Below are positions 20,887 to 29,622 of a stretch of DNA of 64,000 nt, one piece after another. Each line of letters begins with the position of its first letter. Position 1 is the first letter of the stretch. Made by a program: the position numbers and the translations under genes. The notes beneath the pieces were generated by a model that searched no databases, was not told where the DNA came from, and was given only the letters and a program-made list of their open reading frames with translations. Source of the stretch: an uncultured cyanobacterium (GTDB taxonomy: Bacteria; Cyanobacteriota; Cyanobacteriia; CAKZMO01); NCBI GenBank assembly GCA_963719515.1, contig CAVRCJ010000018.1:1-64000 (forward strand). Reading direction: 5' to 3'.

Positions 20887-21261
20887 CTACCGAATGGGCC
20901 GCTGCTGGATGAGGTAGCTGAGCACCTGGCCATGGGTGGGGGTGATGTGGACGCCACGATCGCCAATGGCAATTAGCGGGGTCCACAGCCGCCATTCCAC
21001 GTACTGCAGCACGTGCAGCCGGTTAATGGCTTGGCGCACGCCTTCGGGGGAGCCGATGATGATGTGCCGCAGATGTGAGTCTTCGACTGGTCCTGAAGGG
21101 CCAACGCAACCTGGCGCTGGCGAGGGCTCAATCAGCGTGGGGATAGCCGGGTCCGCTTCTAGAGGGGAGTCTAGCCGCAGCGCAGCGGGTTCCGCAGCGG
21201 GGTTTTGGGGCGCTGCAAACTGTGCCGCCCCTTGGGGCAGCGATGGGTATTGAGTTGTCAT
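20887..21261 (-). CDS. Small cyanobacterial hypothetical protein, module copy 1
   Basis: LRHIIIGSPEGVRQAINRLHVLQYVEWRLWTP conserved across three copies with synonymous changes; GGAG RBS. Confidence 0.8.
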   Translation of the reverse strand: MTTQYPSLPQGAAQFAAPQNPAAEPAALRLDSPLEADPAIPTLIEPSPAPGCVGPSGPVEDSHLRHIIIGSPEGVRQAINRLHVLQYVEWRLWTPLIAIGDRGVHITPTHGQVLSYLIQQRPIR

Positions 21262-21485
21262 GAGGGACTCCATTTTTTGAGTTGAGTTGGAGTCCCCCGC
21301 CGACCGATCATCCTCGACGTTTTTTGGGGGTGGGATGACCAGGTACCATGTACTCCAGGCGTCCCGACAGCCACGTTCTGTCGCGGGGGCTTAGGGGCTG
21401 CATGTTGCGACATCAACATGCGGCTCCGCCCAAGACCGAATCTTTGGGAGACTAGAACCATGGGGACCACGGCTCATAGCTCCCG
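21262..21485 (-). ncRNA. Putative structured leader RNA, module copy 1
   Basis: Conserved stems GCATGTTG/CAACATGC, CGACAG/CTGTCG, GGGACTCC/GGAGTCCC; TTGCCA-17-TATTCT promoter upstream. Confidence 0.6.
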
Positions 21486-21584
21486 AGAATAGATCATTTG
21501 TGGGCGGGTGGCAAGAGGGTAGCGTGATTTTCTGAGATGTGGCGTTGGGCGATCGCTTTGGGGGATTGGCGATCGCGGTTCGGG

Positions 21585-21785
21585 AGAACTGTTGACCTGC
21601 TTAGCAGTTCTAAATTGTTGCTTTGGAGTTCTGTTGAGCTGCTAATGAGTTGAGCAGTGCTACTCTCTAGTTCTGCTGAGCTGCTCAGGAGTTCTAAAAT
21701 GCTGCTCGGGAGTTCTGTTGAGCTGCTTGGGAGTTCTGTAGACCGACTCACCAGTTCTGCTGGCTTGCTTGGGAGTGCTGCTGTG
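21585..21785. repeat. Degenerate 21-nt tandem repeats
   Basis: Recurring AGTTCTG(T/C)TGAGCTGCT unit; minus-strand frame gives ELxSxST heptads; second copy at 28655-28835. Confidence 0.75.
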
Positions 21786-22367
21786 GGGCGATCGCTGCAT
21801 AGAATGGAGCAAGCTCCCGTATATTGAGAGGAAGCAATCTTCAGCCAGGGCAATGATTCTTGCCATAAACCAGGAGAAACTCACTAGCGTAATAAATGTA
21901 GGATTTTCCAGCTCTGAGGCCGTAGCGCCTTACACAAAACGCCTATTTTACTCAATTCAGGAGTTGATAATACTGCAATTTTAGAATGGATAATTGCGAT
22001 ACAATGCCACTACATAGGCACTCTCTGAGAAAGCGATGAATAACGCTCTAGAGTCCATATTTATATGAATAATGTAGAGGCGATAAGAAGATACACAATA
22101 GCTCCGAATTTTTAAAGATAGACACTAAATGTGGTGAATAGTCATGAGAAGAAGGGCATTATCTGTTAGACGTGCTTCGGAAGGCGAGGCATTATTTGGG
22201 AGAATCTAATGTTGAGTGCATAGTTGGCTTGTCGATTTGAAGGATCTTGGAAATGGACAAGCCAGTAGCATTTTTTCGATTCGCTCCGCGACTTGCTCAA
22301 TGTGCTATAAGCAGCTTAGTTGATCCAGTCTAAAATTGAATCCATTTTCAGCTTATAAAAAATTCCT

Positions 22368-23063
22368 ATGGTATATTCACATTCAGCTCTGAGGTTAAAG
22401 CAATTGGAAGACAATATCAGCCATGTCTTACAACTATTGAATGAGTATGAAAAAGAATTACTTGACGAAGACGATCCTAGCAGGATAAGTAGGTATCGTC
22501 GCCGCGTCGAAACGCTGAGGCAGCAAAAGAAAAAATACGAAGAAGAGTTTTTAGATCTACAAGACAAACTGAAAAGCAAATACCCAAATCGAATTCAATC
22601 TCTTTCTAGTCAAATTCAGAATATTGATAACAAGATTGACTCATTTCTAGAAGGTCAAGTAGGACTTTCTCAAGAATTAATGTTACATTTTAGCTCTGAA
22701 GTTCAATGCCTCATTCTACCTCTTGCGCAAAAGCTAAATCAGTCTGAGATTGTAAAATCAAAGAAGCTTTTAGAATCCATAGATAAAAATCTCGTTCCAG
22801 AAGAAAGCATGCGCTTAATATTGTCAGAGATCAGTCAAGCAATAAAAATATCGCAAGACGAAAAACTACATCTTCCGGAAGAAAGCGAGATTGTTGCTGA
22901 AATAATCAATTCGCCAGAAATTGATGCAAAGCACGCGTTAAAGGTCTCAATTCCTATTATTCCTTTCGTTCTCGCATATGAAGGAGAATTAGGATTGGGG
23001 ACTGGAATCAATCTTAAAGAGTTTTGGACAAATTTGAGATCGAAGTTTATCAAGGATAGTTGA
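22368..23063 (+). CDS. Hypothetical protein with N-terminal coiled-coil effector-associated-like domain; first gene of the Lamassu-like operon
   Basis: Low GC; stop overlaps next start; LLDEDDP helical hairpin; C-terminal KVSIPIIPFVLAYEGEL. Confidence 0.75.
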   Translation: MVYSHSALRLKQLEDNISHVLQLLNEYEKELLDEDDPSRISRYRRRVETLRQQKKKYEEEFLDLQDKLKSKYPNRIQSLSSQIQNIDNKIDSFLEGQVGLSQELMLHFSSEVQCLILPLAQKLNQSEIVKSKKLLESIDKNLVPEESMRLILSEISQAIKISQDEKLHLPEESEIVAEIINSPEIDAKHALKVSIPIIPFVLAYEGELGLGTGINLKEFWTNLRSKFIKDS

Positions 23064-23713
23064 GCTTTATGAATTGGCGAGAGGAAAGAAAGCTTGGCCT
23101 TGACAAAAATATGCTTAAAATTGTAAAGCTTCTTGGCACATGCGAACAAAGTTTGATTGATGAGAGCGATCCTCAAGCTAGAAATAAGCTAGAAGCTCAA
23201 ATTTCTAAACTTAGGGAAGACATGAGTAACTGCCAATCAGATTTGGAGAGACATGAGTCAGTATCTTATACTCCATCGGGTTCTGCCTTAGCAATGGCCA
23301 GTATCGCTTATGATGACATTACATTTGTGATTACAGCCCTTTTGAATCAGAGAGCAAATTTTTCAGATGGACAGAGCATTTTTCAACCCACTAACCCCGA
23401 AGAAAAAATGTCTAAGAATTATTTGACACACGAAATTAAATTTGCCCTGGGCATGGGTTTAGCTAAAGCAGGCGAAGTGCGCCATTTTATCGAGCAAAAT
23501 GCAAAGATCTACTTCCCTGATGTTCCAGAAAGACTCAAGGCAGCTTTAAATATCGAATATAAGAGGCTGCTTAGTCAGGGTATCCGAGGAGACGAGCTAT
23601 TCAATCAGCTTTATAGATTTTCGCACCAAAATAGTTCAAATACCTCGCGCCAGCTGGCAGGTTTAGCAGTTTTATGTTACTTCTTTGAAACTTGCGATAT
23701 TTTTGAGCCGTGA
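23060..23713 (+). CDS. Lamassu LmuA-like protein (ABC-three-component C-terminal domain)
   Basis: C-terminal LAVLCYFFETCDIFE motif typical of ABC-3C CTD; no catalytic N-terminal domain recognised. Confidence 0.8.
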   Translation: MSFMNWREERKLGLDKNMLKIVKLLGTCEQSLIDESDPQARNKLEAQISKLREDMSNCQSDLERHESVSYTPSGSALAMASIAYDDITFVITALLNQRANFSDGQSIFQPTNPEEKMSKNYLTHEIKFALGMGLAKAGEVRHFIEQNAKIYFPDVPERLKAALNIEYKRLLSQGIRGDELFNQLYRFSHQNSSNTSRQLAGLAVLCYFFETCDIFEP

Positions 23714-23937
23714 TATTACCTGATAAGTATATTTCAGTAGATAACTCATTACTAGGAGTTGGTGCTATTATCATAAAATATTTGAATCAGCCTCGAACAG
23801 TGACTTCCCTTTGGAGCGATTTATCTAAGATTTCAGAAGTTTCTACCTTTGAGCGATTTGTTCTAGGACTTAATTTGCTTTATATGATTGGGGCTATTGA
23901 ACTAAAGGAAGGCTTACTCCAAAAGCGTCGCCAATGA
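23710..23937 (+). CDS. Lamassu LmuC-like protein (ABC-3C middle component)
   Basis: MILPDKYISVDNSLLGVGA...LNLLYMIGAI; 75 aa; lies between CTD gene and ATPase gene. Confidence 0.85.
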   Translation: MILPDKYISVDNSLLGVGAIIIKYLNQPRTVTSLWSDLSKISEVSTFERFVLGLNLLYMIGAIELKEGLLQKRRQ

Positions 23938-25679
23938 TAAACTCTATATTTGCAAATAAAGACTCCTTTAAGCCAGTTGAATTCGCGCATGGATTCAATG
24001 TAATATTAGCCGATCGCACAGATTATTCTAGTTCTAGAGACTCGCGCAACGGTTTAGGAAAGTCAAGCCTTATTGAAATTATTCATTTTTGCTTGGGCTC
24101 GAGTCCGCGTAAAGGTACAGGACTAAGAGTATCAAGTTTGAGAGGGTGGTCTTTTGGCCTAAATTTGACTCTAGCAGAGCGCGAAATCATTGCTACGAGA
24201 AGTGTTGATGAACCTACGAAAATTTATTTGCAGGGCAATACTACTGATTGGATAATTCAGCCAAGATCGGAAGAAAATCAGAAATTTTATAAGATAGAAG
24301 AATGGAAAAAGCTGCTTGGATACCTAACTTTCGAATTGGCGATTAATGAGGAACGGCAGTTTGCTCCCAATTTTCGCGGTCTAATTTCCTACTTTATTCG
24401 GCCAGGAAAAGACGCATTTTCTACGCCTTTCGAATACTTTAGGAAGCAACCAGGGTGGCAAAAGCAAGTTCTTAATACTTTTTTGCTAGGGCTTGCCTGG
24501 GAAGATGCCAGCGATTTTCAGAAGATAAAAGAAGAAGGAAATCTGTTAGACAGTCTCAAGAAGCTAAAGACCTCTAATCAAGGTATTATCTCGACAAGAA
24601 TCTTAGGGTCACTTGGAGAGTTGGAAGCTGCTCGAGTCAGAATTGAACAGCAACTGCAAAGGCGGCAAGAGGACTTGAGCAATTTTCGCGTACATCCTCA
24701 GTACAAAGAGCTTCAAAGAGAAGCTAATCTCCTTACTTCTGAAATACATGAAATTACAAATGAGAATATATTTAATCGTCAGCTTTTAAGCTTTTATCAG
24801 TCTAGTGTTGAGCAAGAAAGCGAACCAAACAAAAATGATCTGCTTAGACTATATGAAAGCGCCGGCGTTGAGCTTCCAGGTTTAGTTATTCGCCGTCTGG
24901 AAGAAGTAGAGGCTTTTCACCATAGAATCATCGAGAATAGGCGGGGTTTTCTGCTAACGGAAGTTCAGCGTCTAAGGCGAACTATTGCTGATCTAGAGCA
25001 GTTAATTCAAAGAAAAATTGAACAGCGAGCTGAGAGGCTTGAAATTCTACAGACTCACGGTGCTTTAGAAGAATATACTAGGCTCCAAGAATTGTACTTG
25101 GAGACGCGCTCCGACCTCAATGATATTAATAAGCGTATCGATGAGCTGAGAAAAGTAGAAGAGGGAAAAAGTGCTCTTCGGATAGAAAAAGAGCTTTTAC
25201 AGCAAAGAGCACGCCGAGATTATGAAGAGCGCTATGCTCAGGCTGAGCGGGCGATTACACTATTCAATTCAAATTCGCAAGCCCTCTATGATGCTCCAGG
25301 AACGCTTGCGATAAATGTAGGCTCAGGCGGATTTCAATTTAATGTTGAAATTGAAAGAGATCGCAGTGAAGGAATTGGCAAAATGAAGATTTTTTGCTAT
25401 GATCTAATGCTTGCCCAACTATGGGCACAACGGGAAACATCCCCTGGCATTCTTATTCACGATAGTACTATTTTTGATGGCGTCGATGAACGTCAGGTTG
25501 GTCTAGCACTTGAATTGGCAGCTAGAGAATCAGAACGACTTGGCTTCAAATATGCCTGCGCTCTCAACTCAGATATGGTCCCGTTAACAGAATTTTCACC
25601 TGAATTTGATTTCGATTCTTTTATAAGGCTTAGGTTGACTGACGATGAGGGCGGAAACCTTTTTGGCATCGAATTTTGA
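23934..25679 (+). CDS. Lamassu LmuB SMC-like ABC ATPase (DUF2326-type)
   Basis: Walker A SRNGLGKSS, long coiled coil, LIHDSTIFDGVDERQ Walker B/D-loop region. Confidence 0.9.
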   Translation: MINSIFANKDSFKPVEFAHGFNVILADRTDYSSSRDSRNGLGKSSLIEIIHFCLGSSPRKGTGLRVSSLRGWSFGLNLTLAEREIIATRSVDEPTKIYLQGNTTDWIIQPRSEENQKFYKIEEWKKLLGYLTFELAINEERQFAPNFRGLISYFIRPGKDAFSTPFEYFRKQPGWQKQVLNTFLLGLAWEDASDFQKIKEEGNLLDSLKKLKTSNQGIISTRILGSLGELEAARVRIEQQLQRRQEDLSNFRVHPQYKELQREANLLTSEIHEITNENIFNRQLLSFYQSSVEQESEPNKNDLLRLYESAGVELPGLVIRRLEEVEAFHHRIIENRRGFLLTEVQRLRRTIADLEQLIQRKIEQRAERLEILQTHGALEEYTRLQELYLETRSDLNDINKRIDELRKVEEGKSALRIEKELLQQRARRDYEERYAQAERAITLFNSNSQALYDAPGTLAINVGSGGFQFNVEIERDRSEGIGKMKIFCYDLMLAQLWAQRETSPGILIHDSTIFDGVDERQVGLALELAARESERLGFKYACALNSDMVPLTEFSPEFDFDSFIRLRLTDDEGGNLFGIEF

Positions 25680-25706
25680 TGTTGAATTTACGAACTCAGC
25701 ACACGA

Positions 25707-25802
25707 TCTAATGCTCGGTTGACGCGAACGGTATAGGATTTATTCGCACAGGTTTAAGGTTGTCTGTAGACGCCGCACTTCGCCGTGTAAGCTACATTAG
25801 CT
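25707..25802 (+). other. Possible degenerate attC site
   Basis: TCTAATG...CATTAGC complementary ends shortly after the LmuB stop; resembles cyanobacterial attC-like repeats. Confidence 0.35.
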
Positions 25803-25816
25803 GAGATGATCCATAC

Positions 25817-26995
25817 GTGATGCCAATTCTGATCCTGAGCCTAACAGGCCTTTTCCTCAGCCTATGGATCGTCGTGCCAGCCCCCACCCGCTTCCTGCTG
25901 CCGCTAGGCGTAGGCGCACCCGAAGTCAGCCCCTGGCTAGCTGTAGTAAACGCGATCGCCCTCCTCCTACTGCTCTTCAGCCGCATCCGGGGCACAGCCA
26001 GACTCCTCATCCTCTCTTGTAGCCTGCTAGGGCTGGGGCTAAGCCTGTCGCCCCTGGCCCAATTCCCCGCCGCCAACCGCCAAATCGCCGCCGAAATGCG
26101 CGCCGTGCTGGGGGATGACTACCTCACTGGCATCCCGGCGATCGCCCTTCAGCCCCTGCGCCCCCGCCCCTTAGTCCTAGCAGACGTCTTTCGCGGCATT
26201 GCCCTAGATGAGGTGCGCATCGACCGGGGCATCGAGTTTGCCCAGCCGGATGGGGTCGCTCTGCACCTCAACCTTTACCGACCGCTAGCCCCAGGCCGCA
26301 ATCCCACCGTTGTGGTGATCTACGGCGGCGCATGGCAGAGCGGCAGCCCAGACAGCAGCGATCGCTTCAGCCGCTACATGGCCGCCCAGGGCTACACAGT
26401 GGTCGCGATCGACTATCGCCACGCGCCGGGCTACCGCTTTCCAGCCCAGGAGGAAGATGTGCGCGCTGCCCTAGCCTACATTCAGAGCAACGCCGAGGCG
26501 CTATCGGTAGACCCAGGCCGCGTGGCGCTGCTGGGGCGATCGGCTGGGGCGCAGCTGGCGGCGATCGCAGCCTATGGGGCACCAGAATCACTGCCGGTGC
26601 AGGCGGTGGTCAATTATTACGGGCCGGTGGATTTGACGGCGGGCTACCAGGACCCCCCAACTCCCGACCCAATCGATACTCGCGCCGTGTTGAGAGCATT
26701 TTTGGGCGGTCCCCCCGACGCGGCCCCTGAGCTTTACCGGCAGGCGTCCCCAATCAGCTATGTTGAACCGGGTTTACCGCCAACGCTGCTGGTCTATGCC
26801 GGACGCGACCATGTGGTGCAGGCTGAGTATGGTCGTCAGCTCTATGAGGGGCTGCGGGCTGCGGGCAATCAGGTGGTTTGGCTGGAGGTTCCCTGGGCTG
26901 AACATGCTTTTGATGCAGTGTTTAATGGCGTTAGTAACCAACTGGCGCTGTACTATACGGAGCGCTTTGTTGCCTGGGCGCTGAAGTCGGCCTAA
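25817..26995 (+). CDS. Membrane-anchored alpha/beta hydrolase (esterase/lipase)
   Basis: YGGAW oxyanion motif, GRSAG nucleophile motif, AEHAFD. Confidence 0.88.
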   Translation: MMPILILSLTGLFLSLWIVVPAPTRFLLPLGVGAPEVSPWLAVVNAIALLLLLFSRIRGTARLLILSCSLLGLGLSLSPLAQFPAANRQIAAEMRAVLGDDYLTGIPAIALQPLRPRPLVLADVFRGIALDEVRIDRGIEFAQPDGVALHLNLYRPLAPGRNPTVVVIYGGAWQSGSPDSSDRFSRYMAAQGYTVVAIDYRHAPGYRFPAQEEDVRAALAYIQSNAEALSVDPGRVALLGRSAGAQLAAIAAYGAPESLPVQAVVNYYGPVDLTAGYQDPPTPDPIDTRAVLRAFLGGPPDAAPELYRQASPISYVEPGLPPTLLVYAGRDHVVQAEYGRQLYEGLRAAGNQVVWLEVPWAEHAFDAVFNGVSNQLALYYTERFVAWALKSA

Positions 26996-27319
26996 GCTAC
27001 TACATTGGTGCTGCTGCCTGCTCATCACTGTCTCTGGACTTTACCTCAAGAGGACAGCGCATCGAAGACGAACCCTGCGATCGCCCTATACACAAAGCCG
27101 GGAAGGCGAGAAGATGTCTTGCACTTCGATATTACTGTTGATGGCGAGCATGACACTGGATAACAATTCTGCTGGATTGCTTAAGCAATGATAGACAACG
27201 CGGCTGTCCATGACCGCTCCACAATGAGCGCGATTACCCAGGCCATAGGCTTTGAGCCATCTGATACAGTCAATTGGAAGCCCTAAGAGCAAAAGCGAAG
27301 CGGCACACCTAGGAGAACA

Positions 27320-27724
27320 ATGACTGACACTGATATTGATACGGCCTGTCAGCTGCTTAAAAAAATTGACTACCAGCCGGTAGAGACGCTAGACCGTCCA
27401 GCAAATGCTGAAATTCAGGCCGCACTAAAAACCGTAGCTCAAAAGTCAGAGTTTCAGATTTTTGGCGTTTGCGCAGGCGGTTTAGGTGAAGGCGTGGCTG
27501 CCCTGAAGGGCTATACCCAGGCGCTTGGATATGATATTCCCCAGGACTTGACGTTCGACCCGGTGGAAGGGGCCGTCTACATCAAGTTCAATCCTAAATC
27601 GGGCCTTCTATATGCCAACAGCTACACAGGAGACCACCGAGGGGTTTTAGTGTCGTGTCAATCGCCCTATGACGGTGGCCTGAATGAAATGTATGGTCAT
27701 CTACCGCTGGATTTGTTCTCCTGA
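27320..27724 (+). CDS. DUF1824 family protein
   Basis: IFGVCA, VYIKFN, RGVLVSCQS, GHLPLDLF motifs. Confidence 0.8.
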   Translation: MTDTDIDTACQLLKKIDYQPVETLDRPANAEIQAALKTVAQKSEFQIFGVCAGGLGEGVAALKGYTQALGYDIPQDLTFDPVEGAVYIKFNPKSGLLYANSYTGDHRGVLVSCQSPYDGGLNEMYGHLPLDLFS

Positions 27725-27963
27725 GCGCCGCTGCTGTCCCTGGCGGAATTTGGATTTCTAGCTCATAAAACCAATCACAAAGCAGCTAGCGCTTGCTTTC
27801 CCTTGACGATCTGTCTCTCGTCTTAAAAGCAGGGGCCAACTCGTTCAGCGGACTAAGCAGAGCGCACCATGAAACGTCGACAGGCTTTAGGCAAAATGGC
27901 GATCGCCGCGTAGAGGCTAGATGTTGCCTTAAGGGCGATCGCCATAGCGGGTGGGGAGCCCGA

Positions 27964-28338
27964 CTACCGCATGGGCCGCTGCTGGATGAGGTAGCTGAGC
28001 ACCTGGCCATGGGTGGGGGTGATGTGGACGCCTTTTTCACCGATGGCAATCAGCGGGGTCCACAGCCGCCACTCGACGTACTGCAGCACGTGCAGCCGGT
28101 TGATGGCCTGGCGAACGCCTTCGGGGGAGCCAATGATGATGTGCCTCAGGTGTGAGTCTTCGACTGGCCCTGAAGGGCCAACACACCCCGGTGCGGGGGA
28201 GGGCTCAATCAGCGTGGGGATAGCGGGCTCGGCTTCCATGGGGGAATCTAGCCGCAGCGCAGCGGGTTCCGCAGCGGGGTTTTGGGGCGCTGCGAACTGT
28301 GCCGCCTCTTGGGGCAGCGAATGATATTGAGTTGTCAT
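27964..28338 (-). CDS. Small hypothetical protein, module copy 2
   Basis: Paralog of 20887-21261. Confidence 0.8.
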   Translation of the reverse strand: MTTQYHSLPQEAAQFAAPQNPAAEPAALRLDSPMEAEPAIPTLIEPSPAPGCVGPSGPVEDSHLRHIIIGSPEGVRQAINRLHVLQYVEWRLWTPLIAIGEKGVHITPTHGQVLSYLIQQRPMR

Positions 28339-28560
28339 GAGGGACTCCGTTTTTGAGTTAATTGGAGTCCCCCGCCGACCGGACATCCGCGACGTTTTTG
28401 GTTTTGGGATGGCCGGGTAATATCATTACTCCAGGCCGTTCCCGACAGCCACTGTCTGTCGTGGGGGCTTAGGGGCCGCATGTTGGCATCAACAGCATGC
28501 GGCTCCGCCCAGACCGAATCTTTGGGAGACTAGAACCATGGATAACGGCTCATAGCTCCA
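28339..28560 (-). ncRNA. Putative structured leader RNA, module copy 2
   Basis: Same stems as copy 1 with different loops; TTGCCA-18-TACCTT promoter upstream. Confidence 0.6.
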
Positions 28561-28928
28561 TAAGGTAGGACATTTGTGCGCGGGTTGGCAAGAGGGTGGC
28601 GCGGTTTTCTGTTGAGGGTGGCGATCGCTTTGGGGGATTGGCGATCGCGGCTTGAGAGATCTGTTGACCTGCTCAGCAGTTCTAAATTGTTGCTTTGGAG
28701 TTCTGTTGAGCTGCTAACGAGTTGAGCGGGGCTGCTCGCTAGTTCTGCTGACCTGCTCAGGAGTTCTAAAATGCTGCTTAGGAGTTCTGTAGACCGACTC
28801 ACCAGCTCTGCTGGCTTGCTCTGGAGTTCTGCTGTGGGGCGATCGCTGCACGTAATGAAGCAACCTCGCGCAGATGAATAGGAATTGGCCTTTGGTTAGC
28901 AATTACGAAGACTCAAGCCCTTGAGAAT

Positions 28929-29128
28929 TTAATTATCCAGAGGGCTACGCACTCCACGCCCACCCCGATTTAGGACATGCGTGTAAATCATTGGTGGCGC
29001 TTGTCATGGAAGAGGATGAATTCGCAGATGTAGTGAATGTAAGATTTCTCGGTTTTGAGGCTGTAGTGCTTTGTACGAAGCACCTGCTTTACCTGGCCGA
29101 GCAGGCGAGGAGGCTGTGATGACGACAT
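28929..29128 (-). pseudogene. intI: Integron integrase with large internal deletion
   Basis: N-terminus MSSSQPPRLLGQVKQVLRTKHYSLKTEKSYIHYICEFILFHDKRH joined out of frame to C-terminus MIYTHVLNRGGRGVRSPLDN*. Confidence 0.92.
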
Positions 29129-29134
29129 CGCTAA

Positions 29135-29365
29135 TCACGGGATAACACCGATAAATGGGGTGTTGTCTGACAAAAGTGACGGATAATACCCTATAAATCA
29201 TGGTTATCAGACAAGAGCGACGGATAACGCCCTAAATTTCCGGAGTTGGCCGTCAGATGCGGCGGATGATTGCGGAAAGTAGGGTGTTATTCGCTAGATA
29301 TGCCTGATAAGATCTGGGAGGCAGGGTATTATCCGCCAGATCTGACGTTGAATATATAGTTAGAA
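29135..29365 (+). promoter_or_regulatory. attI-like region ending in core site GTTAGAA
   Basis: Lies between the intI start and the cassette; GTTRRRY-like core at 29359-29365; repeated GGATAAYRCCCT motifs. Confidence 0.7.
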
Positions 29366-29406
29366 ATCAAAGGCAGAACCCGTGCAATCATGAGGGAATA
29401 GACAAA

Positions 29407-29592
29407 TTGACATCGAAAAGCCCAAAATACATAGAAGCATTGAAGGTTATCCCAGATGATATAGTTCCTGTATTTGATGAATTACTGGAACACTACAAAT
29501 TTGCTGCGCTAAAGGAGCATGGTAGAGCAATGGTCTCCCCGCTTGCAATTGCTGAGCTTGTGCTCATGGAGTGGAGAAATACCGAAGACTAG
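29407..29592 (+). CDS. Small hypothetical protein, first ORF of the cassette
   Basis: 61-aa ORF after a GAGGG RBS, low GC. Confidence 0.5.
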   Translation: MTSKSPKYIEALKVIPDDIVPVFDELLEHYKFAALKEHGRAMVSPLAIAELVLMEWRNTED

Positions 29593-29622
29593 AGAACCCC
29601 AAAGGCAGAAGACTGATATCGC

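Larger units (their letters stand above)
20821..21795 (-). repeat. Dispersed module copy 1 (heptad-repeat tract, promoter, structured leader, small ORF), HIP1-bounded
   Basis: Highly similar to 27899-28846 and 33903-34665. Confidence 0.9.
27899..28846 (-). repeat. Dispersed module copy 2, HIP1-bounded
   Basis: Similar to copies 1 and 3; GCGATCGC at both limits. Confidence 0.9.

Noticed and set aside
21585..21785. CRISPR array
   Set aside because: Units are contiguous degenerate 21-mers with no unique spacers; no cas genes in the window
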